A DNA stretch of 28,993 nt from a virus (lineage: Duplodnaviria; Caudoviricetes), in IMG/VR virus record IMGVR_UViG_3300030397_000865, positions 1 to 28,993 of that record. One strand, given 5' to 3'. The notes below the pieces were generated by a model, which was not told the DNA's origin, ran no database searches, and saw only the letters and a list, made by a program, of their open reading frames with translations. This document shows positions 24,278 through 28,993 of the stretch, piece by piece (the first letter of the stretch is position 1; each line of letters opens with the position of its first letter). A program made the position numbers and the translations under genes.

Positions 24278-25833
24278 TACAGTACCGTGATTGCAATCGC
24301 TGAAGAATCCAGGCTGAGCAATTCTCTAGGGTCTATTGTAACATTTGTGGCCACATCATCAAGGGCTTTTGCAGTAATATCAAAGGTTAAGACCGTAACA
24401 TCAGTGACCCCAGTGACCGTGAGAGGAGCACACAGGAGCTTATTATATATCAAATCATCCCCCGTCGACAGACCGGCAATAAAGTTGGTCAGAGCCGTTT
24501 TGACTTCTGTCTCACCATTTGCTTGTACACCGGCCCCAAACGTGGAATCCGTTGAAATCGTGATTTTCACATCTGTGATGGCTATATCGGTAGCAACTGA
24601 GTAAGAAATGTCGTGTCCCACTCCTTGGCTATCAAAAATCTGAGGTCGATCGACAGGAGCCGTGACTGCTGCAATATGTTCAATTTTATCTGCGCCCGTA
24701 GCTCCGGTATAGGTTTGGATACCAACTGGCTTACGATTGAAAATGGCAGTAGCAACCTCTGAAAAGTGAGCTAGGTCTTCTGCGGTCGTTGCTGATTGAT
24801 CAAAAGTTGATGTAATGACAACCTCAAAGCTGTGAGGAGGTAGACCATTTGAGTCAGTTACGTCTGTTTCATTTTCAATCAAGACCGCCGTGTTAACACC
24901 CGTAATAGCCGCTACAGTATCTCGGATAGCCTCGGTGGTGTTTGTGCTCGTAACCTGAAGCAGTTGTTGACGTCGTGTTCGATAATCAGTATCAGACTCA
25001 ATTGCCCGACCCGTTGACCCGTCAGTGGCATTTGCTGGAGAACCATACTGTGGCCCTGAGCTAAAAGCAATACTGGTCGAACTGATCGTCTCAATTGAGT
25101 TGGCTAGAGCATCCGGGTTGGGAAGAGAAATTTCAACTTCAACCGTACCGGCCACATCTGTCGCTGTTACGTTGCCAAGCTGAGTTGAGATTTCCGAAGC
25201 CAGAGTTGCAGCCGTCAAAGAAGCGGGACCCGAAATCGTCACTGTTTGGGAGGGCAGACCTCCGACAGAAAAAGTCAGGACTTCGGAAGCACCAATGTTA
25301 AACGGTTCTGATCCTGTCGTTGTTGTTTTCGCTGCGATCGAATCCAGTCCTGCTGTAGAAGCATTTCGAAAAACCCTTCCTGCCAAGGCTGTGATAGCTC
25401 CGGTTGATTGTGCTTGGTACGTAACAGGGGTTGCTGTCGTTGCTGGGATGACAACTGTCGAGCTTGCTTCATATACATTTCCTGCTGAATCTTCAATCGT
25501 ATCTCCTGCTGTTACCGTAGTTCCTGCAGTTGAGAAGACTGAAACAATGACTGTTGTTGCGGTAGCTGCATTTCGAAAGGTGCCAGTGATCTTACCGATG
25601 TTGTCGAGAGCGTCACCAGTTGCGGCACTTGGGTCTTGAGATCGATAAATGAGTTCGGCAACTTCCCATAGCTCAGCAATCTTATCGCCAAAAACACCAT
25701 TGAGTTGTCCAGCGACTGAGTCAGCAGCCGTATTAAACTGGTCTCCAAACAAGGTTTTTTGCTCAGCCTCAATTTCGGCTTTGATTTCTTCGAAGGTTTT
25801 TAGAACAAAACCGGTATTTTGTACACCAGCCAT
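24277..25833 (-). CDS. baseplate J-like protein
   Basis: DPSAATGDALD, ESDTDYRTR, ENETDVTDSNGLPPHSFEVV, KPVGIQTYG. Confidence 0.92.
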   Translation of the reverse strand: MAGVQNTGFVLKTFEEIKAEIEAEQKTLFGDQFNTAADSVAGQLNGVFGDKIAELWEVAELIYRSQDPSAATGDALDNIGKITGTFRNAATATTVIVSVFSTAGTTVTAGDTIEDSAGNVYEASSTVVIPATTATPVTYQAQSTGAITALAGRVFRNASTAGLDSIAAKTTTTGSEPFNIGASEVLTFSVGGLPSQTVTISGPASLTAATLASEISTQLGNVTATDVAGTVEVEISLPNPDALANSIETISSTSIAFSSGPQYGSPANATDGSTGRAIESDTDYRTRRQQLLQVTSTNTTEAIRDTVAAITGVNTAVLIENETDVTDSNGLPPHSFEVVITSTFDQSATTAEDLAHFSEVATAIFNRKPVGIQTYTGATGADKIEHIAAVTAPVDRPQIFDSQGVGHDISYSVATDIAITDVKITISTDSTFGAGVQANGETEVKTALTNFIAGLSTGDDLIYNKLLCAPLTVTGVTDVTVLTFDITAKALDDVATNVTIDPRELLSLDSSAIAITVL

Positions 25834-26213
25834 TAGAGAATCTCCGAAATGTTAATTTCGTTGCTGAAATCCAAAAGCTCCGTAGAGTCCTGAAGTACGG
25901 CTTTGAAAGTTACGGTAAGAGTGCGTGTCGTAGTATTGAATTGCATATCAAAAGTTGCCAAGGACAAAATGCCAGCGGTCTCTAGGATTGCTTCTTGAAA
26001 AATGTTTGAAATCGTCGTCAAGTCAGGATTCTTAACCAAAATGCGCTCAAAATACGGAATCCCCAAGTTGCGATCGAGGAACCACTCGTTTAAAAAGAAC
26101 TGAAGACGAATTTTCACATGCTGCGCAATCGAAGCTGCCCGGTCTTGTTCCAAAGCCAACTGATTGCCAGTCAAGTCGAGATCGTGGGTGGTTGTTAGTT
26201 TTAGGTCGCTCAT
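25833..26213 (-). CDS. baseplate wedge / sheath initiator (gp25-like)
   Basis: DLKL...DL, IRLQFFLNEWFLD..LGIPY, ILETAGI. Confidence 0.85.
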   Translation of the reverse strand: MSDLKLTTTHDLDLTGNQLALEQDRAASIAQHVKIRLQFFLNEWFLDRNLGIPYFERILVKNPDLTTISNIFQEAILETAGILSLATFDMQFNTTTRTLTVTFKAVLQDSTELLDFSNEINISEIL

Positions 26214-26893
26214 TCTGTTACCTTCACCGAGGTAGACCCCATGTCATTCACAGCAGCCGGAGGAGTACCAGACGACGTAGTTGGAGAGGTTACCGAAGGC
26301 CCTGCTGGAGTGTCGATATATGGGTGGGTGTGGGCATTGTAGGCAGTGATTAGAGAATCGACTGTTCCTCGCAAAGCCTCAAGTTCTGTTTTGACTTTTT
26401 CAGCCATCGCAATTGCTTCTTGAGCTTCGCCTGACTTACCAAGAACAACACATTCCGTAGAGGCTCCATTCACTCCTTGACTGTTGGGATAAAAGCCAGG
26501 AAAGCAAACAGCGTCGTCTAGAGAATGCATTGTTCGCTCTTCCGGATCTACCACCGCACTTCCGTCTCCATCCGTGTAGTTGCCGATAGAACGCTCGTTA
26601 AAAATGAGGAGAACTTTATCCCCCCTTTGAAGAGGCATCGAAATGAAAAAATCGTTAGCCCTGGGAAACATAACAGGAACATTTGGAATAACCGGAAAGT
26701 CATCGATAATTTCTTCAGCGTCCAGGGTAATCGTGAAATCACGAACGAGCGGCCGAATGTCAGCAATTTGCTTCTGAGCATTGTACCGGACAACTTCCCC
26801 AGGAAGAGCCACATGAAGCTGAGCAAGGCGATTGTCCAATACGGCCCGCAAAACTTCCTGTAGATCCGGGGATCTGCTGTACGTAAAGCTCAT
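26210..26893 (-). CDS. baseplate central spike (Gp138-like)
   Basis: LHVALPGEV, NVPVMFP, P...GD.VLLIFNERSI, HSLDDA..FPG, C-terminal HTH metal-binding motif. Confidence 0.9.
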   Translation of the reverse strand: MSFTYSRSPDLQEVLRAVLDNRLAQLHVALPGEVVRYNAQKQIADIRPLVRDFTITLDAEEIIDDFPVIPNVPVMFPRANDFFISMPLQRGDKVLLIFNERSIGNYTDGDGSAVVDPEERTMHSLDDAVCFPGFYPNSQGVNGASTECVVLGKSGEAQEAIAMAEKVKTELEALRGTVDSLITAYNAHTHPYIDTPAGPSVTSPTTSSGTPPAAVNDMGSTSVKVTE

Positions 26894-27781
26894 TTATCGA
26901 CTACCTGTGGGTTCTGTCTCTATATCAGTATACCAATCATTTGTCCATGTGTCACCAAAATGCTTGACCTTTTTAACCTTGAAATCCCCTTCTACCGTCG
27001 CAGATTCAATACGGATTTTGGATCCTGGAATGATGTCACCTTGAAGCAAAGAACGGATCCGCACAACTCCCAGTTCCCCAGCTTGCGGAACACCGATAAG
27101 TCCGGTACGTTCATTGAGCACGAAAACAGTATTCTGTAGTGTCTCTCCGGGACTGAGGACGTTGATGGCCCCATCCTGAATAGACCAATCGACACCCGCA
27201 GATTTAAAGACTTTTGAGAGCTCATCCGATACCACTCCCTTGAGCACCTTCCCATTTTTGAATGACTTGGCTGCATTTCTCAGGCTCAACCCACTCAATT
27301 TCTGATCAACATTGCCTTTGTCGAGTCCTGAAGCATTGATCAGTCTGTTGAGAACAGTTTGAACAGTCGTGCCTGGATCTAAAGTTTCGTTAATACGGGC
27401 AGACTTGAATTTGGTATAACCATCACCTGCTTCGAGAGTTGTGATCCAGTCAGGAGGCTGAAGGTTGTTTCGGCAAAAATTGAGATTACCTTTGAATAGC
27501 CCTCGAACATTTTCTTTGTATCCGGCTTCGATGACTACAGGAATGTCTTGTTTGGACAAAGATTGTTCAGCAAGGGCCGTTCGGTTATCTTCACTAAGGT
27601 TATAGATAGTCACTCGGACATTGTTGGGAATGGCAGAATCAGTTCTTTCGACATTGAACCCGACCCGCAAAGATGATTGAAACTGAAAAGTTCCTGTGGC
27701 TTCGAGTACTGCAAGGTCGACATTACTAATCTGAATATCACCAATGTTGAGTGTAATAACCCTATTGAAAGCCTGACTCAT
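26894..27781 (-). CDS. baseplate hub protein
   Basis: VTIYNLS, IEAGY, WSIQDG, TGLIGVP, HFGDT...WY; typical position. Confidence 0.85.
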   Translation of the reverse strand: MSQAFNRVITLNIGDIQISNVDLAVLEATGTFQFQSSLRVGFNVERTDSAIPNNVRVTIYNLSEDNRTALAEQSLSKQDIPVVIEAGYKENVRGLFKGNLNFCRNNLQPPDWITTLEAGDGYTKFKSARINETLDPGTTVQTVLNRLINASGLDKGNVDQKLSGLSLRNAAKSFKNGKVLKGVVSDELSKVFKSAGVDWSIQDGAINVLSPGETLQNTVFVLNERTGLIGVPQAGELGVVRIRSLLQGDIIPGSKIRIESATVEGDFKVKKVKHFGDTWTNDWYTDIETEPTGSR

Positions 27782-28098
27782 GTGTTGGACTCTTCATACA
27801 CCAATAGGCCATCAGTGCCTAATTCTGCCTTTAAAATCTCGTTAGCGGTATTATCTGTCCGTATGAAGTACAAATCTCCTGGTGGCAAAGCTTCTTCAAC
27901 CATACCAAGAGTCAGAGGCCAATTCACAACCCCTTTAATCCCACTACGAATATCGACACCGTCCGCATCTTTGATATCCAGATACCAGAAAGAGTCTCGG
28001 CTGTTGTAATTAAGTGTCAGTATGAAAACGGTACCGTCTAAATCAACAGAAACTTCCTGAAGACCTTCGCTAGTTGTCGGTATTTCAATACGTGCCAT
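27778..28098 (-). CDS. small baseplate protein (plug-like)
   Basis: Q..SVDLDG..F.L.L.YNSRDSFWYLDI motif; start at MARIEIP. Confidence 0.75.
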   Translation of the reverse strand: MARIEIPTTSEGLQEVSVDLDGTVFILTLNYNSRDSFWYLDIKDADGVDIRSGIKGVVNWPLTLGMVEEALPPGDLYFIRTDNTANEILKAELGTDGLLVYEESNT

Positions 28099-28099
28099 A

Positions 28100-28810
28100 T
28101 CAGCTTCCCACAATCAAGTTTGCCAAGAACGAATCTGAAGAATTTAGAGTTTTGGAAGCAGCATTTCCTGTAGTAGCTTTTGTGTTCTTCCTACCTCTTT
28201 TTGTACGGCTTCGTCGAGTATCGTTGTCTGGCTGAGTTACCAATTTTTTCGTATTGACAATATTGAGCTCTTTGAGTCCAATGTTGAAAGTCAGAGCACT
28301 CCCCGTGGATGCATCTCGATCAACTTGCAAAGAGTCCATCGCCATATTCTCATAGACTCGAACCGGAGTATAGACATCAATAACTTGGCCCCTAGAAATA
28401 GCTTGACGCAGTGTGTCATAGGCCTTATCTGATCTACCTGATGCTCCGAATGTTCCCGCTGCTTGAGCTGCTGCACCCGCTGCCGTAACCGCAGTAAAAG
28501 TATTGTCGACAAATTCTGACGAGTTGAAGAACGAAAGAAGTGCTGCCCCACCTACGAGTCCAGAAACAAAAGAAGTTGAAAGGAAAGCTTCATCTGAAAC
28601 AACCCCAGTTAAAGCAATGTTTCGTGGCAGTATGTTGATGTGGTCAGTTATCTTACTTCCGTTCTCAATAGGATGCTCTGTAATCTGAGCTCGATCACTG
28701 AAAGACTGAGAGACGGTTGCATCAAAGATTACCCAACTTGATTGCGCAAGAGCTTCAGTGATAGCCTGATCGGTAATATTGTTCTTTATCAAGAGAAGCG
28801 TGCGGGGCAT
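28100..28810 (-). CDS. Dit-like tail/baseplate protein
   Basis: FDA, ITEHPIENGSKITDH, YENM; follows the probable tape measure; AGGAG SD. Confidence 0.85.
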   Translation of the reverse strand: MPRTLLLIKNNITDQAITEALAQSSWVIFDATVSQSFSDRAQITEHPIENGSKITDHINILPRNIALTGVVSDEAFLSTSFVSGLVGGAALLSFFNSSEFVDNTFTAVTAAGAAAQAAGTFGASGRSDKAYDTLRQAISRGQVIDVYTPVRVYENMAMDSLQVDRDASTGSALTFNIGLKELNIVNTKKLVTQPDNDTRRSRTKRGRKNTKATTGNAASKTLNSSDSFLANLIVGS

Positions 28811-28813
28811 TTG

Positions 28814-28993
28814 TTATCTCCTCGCCAGATTGTTTTGCAAAGCTTGTAGGTTGTTTGAAACGGCCTGACCTGCAGCTGCGGGATTGTCTGTCACGATTTC
28901 GATTTTGACATCGTTGTTAACCGTATTGGAAGAACCAATGCCCTGACCTGTAGCTCCTGCTGTCAAACCAACATTTCCTGTGAGTATTCCAAG
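28814..28993 (-). CDS. 3' end of probable tape measure protein (truncated by window edge)
   Basis: Open frame ...SSNTVNNDVKIEIVTDNPAAAGQAVSNNLQALQNNLARR*; typical TMP C-terminus and position. Confidence 0.65.
   Translation of the reverse strand, partial: LGILTGNVGLTAGATGQGIGSSNTVNNDVKIEIVTDNPAAAGQAVSNNLQALQNNLARR

Noticed and set aside
1-28993. Alternative genetic code, tRNA genes, intrinsic terminators
   Set aside because: Genes are intact under the standard code and end in TAA, TAG and TGA; intergenic gaps are short, and no cloverleaf or clear hairpin plus U-tract was seen

Overview
Segment of a tailed dsDNA bacteriophage genome (myovirus-type baseplate), coded almost entirely on the minus strand. 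Read in transcription direction (right to left), it contains: the probable end of the tape measure gene; a baseplate module (Dit-like, plug, hub, Gp138-type spike, gp25-like wedge, J-like, DUF2612-like wedge); a block of tail fibre and appendage genes, including a 1074-aa fibre with six His/Asp-rich 33-aa repeats; and a lysis cassette (amidase, holin, overlapping spanins, implying a diderm host). A replication/recombination block follows: SF2 helicase, Cas4-like PD-(D/E)XK nuclease, ERF annealase, DUF669-like SSB, and a family A DNA polymerase split into a UDG-like/3'-5' exonuclease gene and a polymerase gene with a small ORF between them. Next come nucleotide metabolism genes (dUTPase fused to an ArgR-like winged helix, dNMP kinase, class II ribonucleotide reductase, PhoH, dCMP deaminase, DenV-like glycosylase) and small unknown ORFs. 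No tRNA, CRISPR array or mobile element was recognised. The most notable items are the ArgR-wHTH/dUTPase fusion, recurrent intergenic motifs, the split polymerase with a hairpin-bridged RBS, probable leaderless genes, and the repeat fibre. All family calls come from motif recognition by eye, with no database search.
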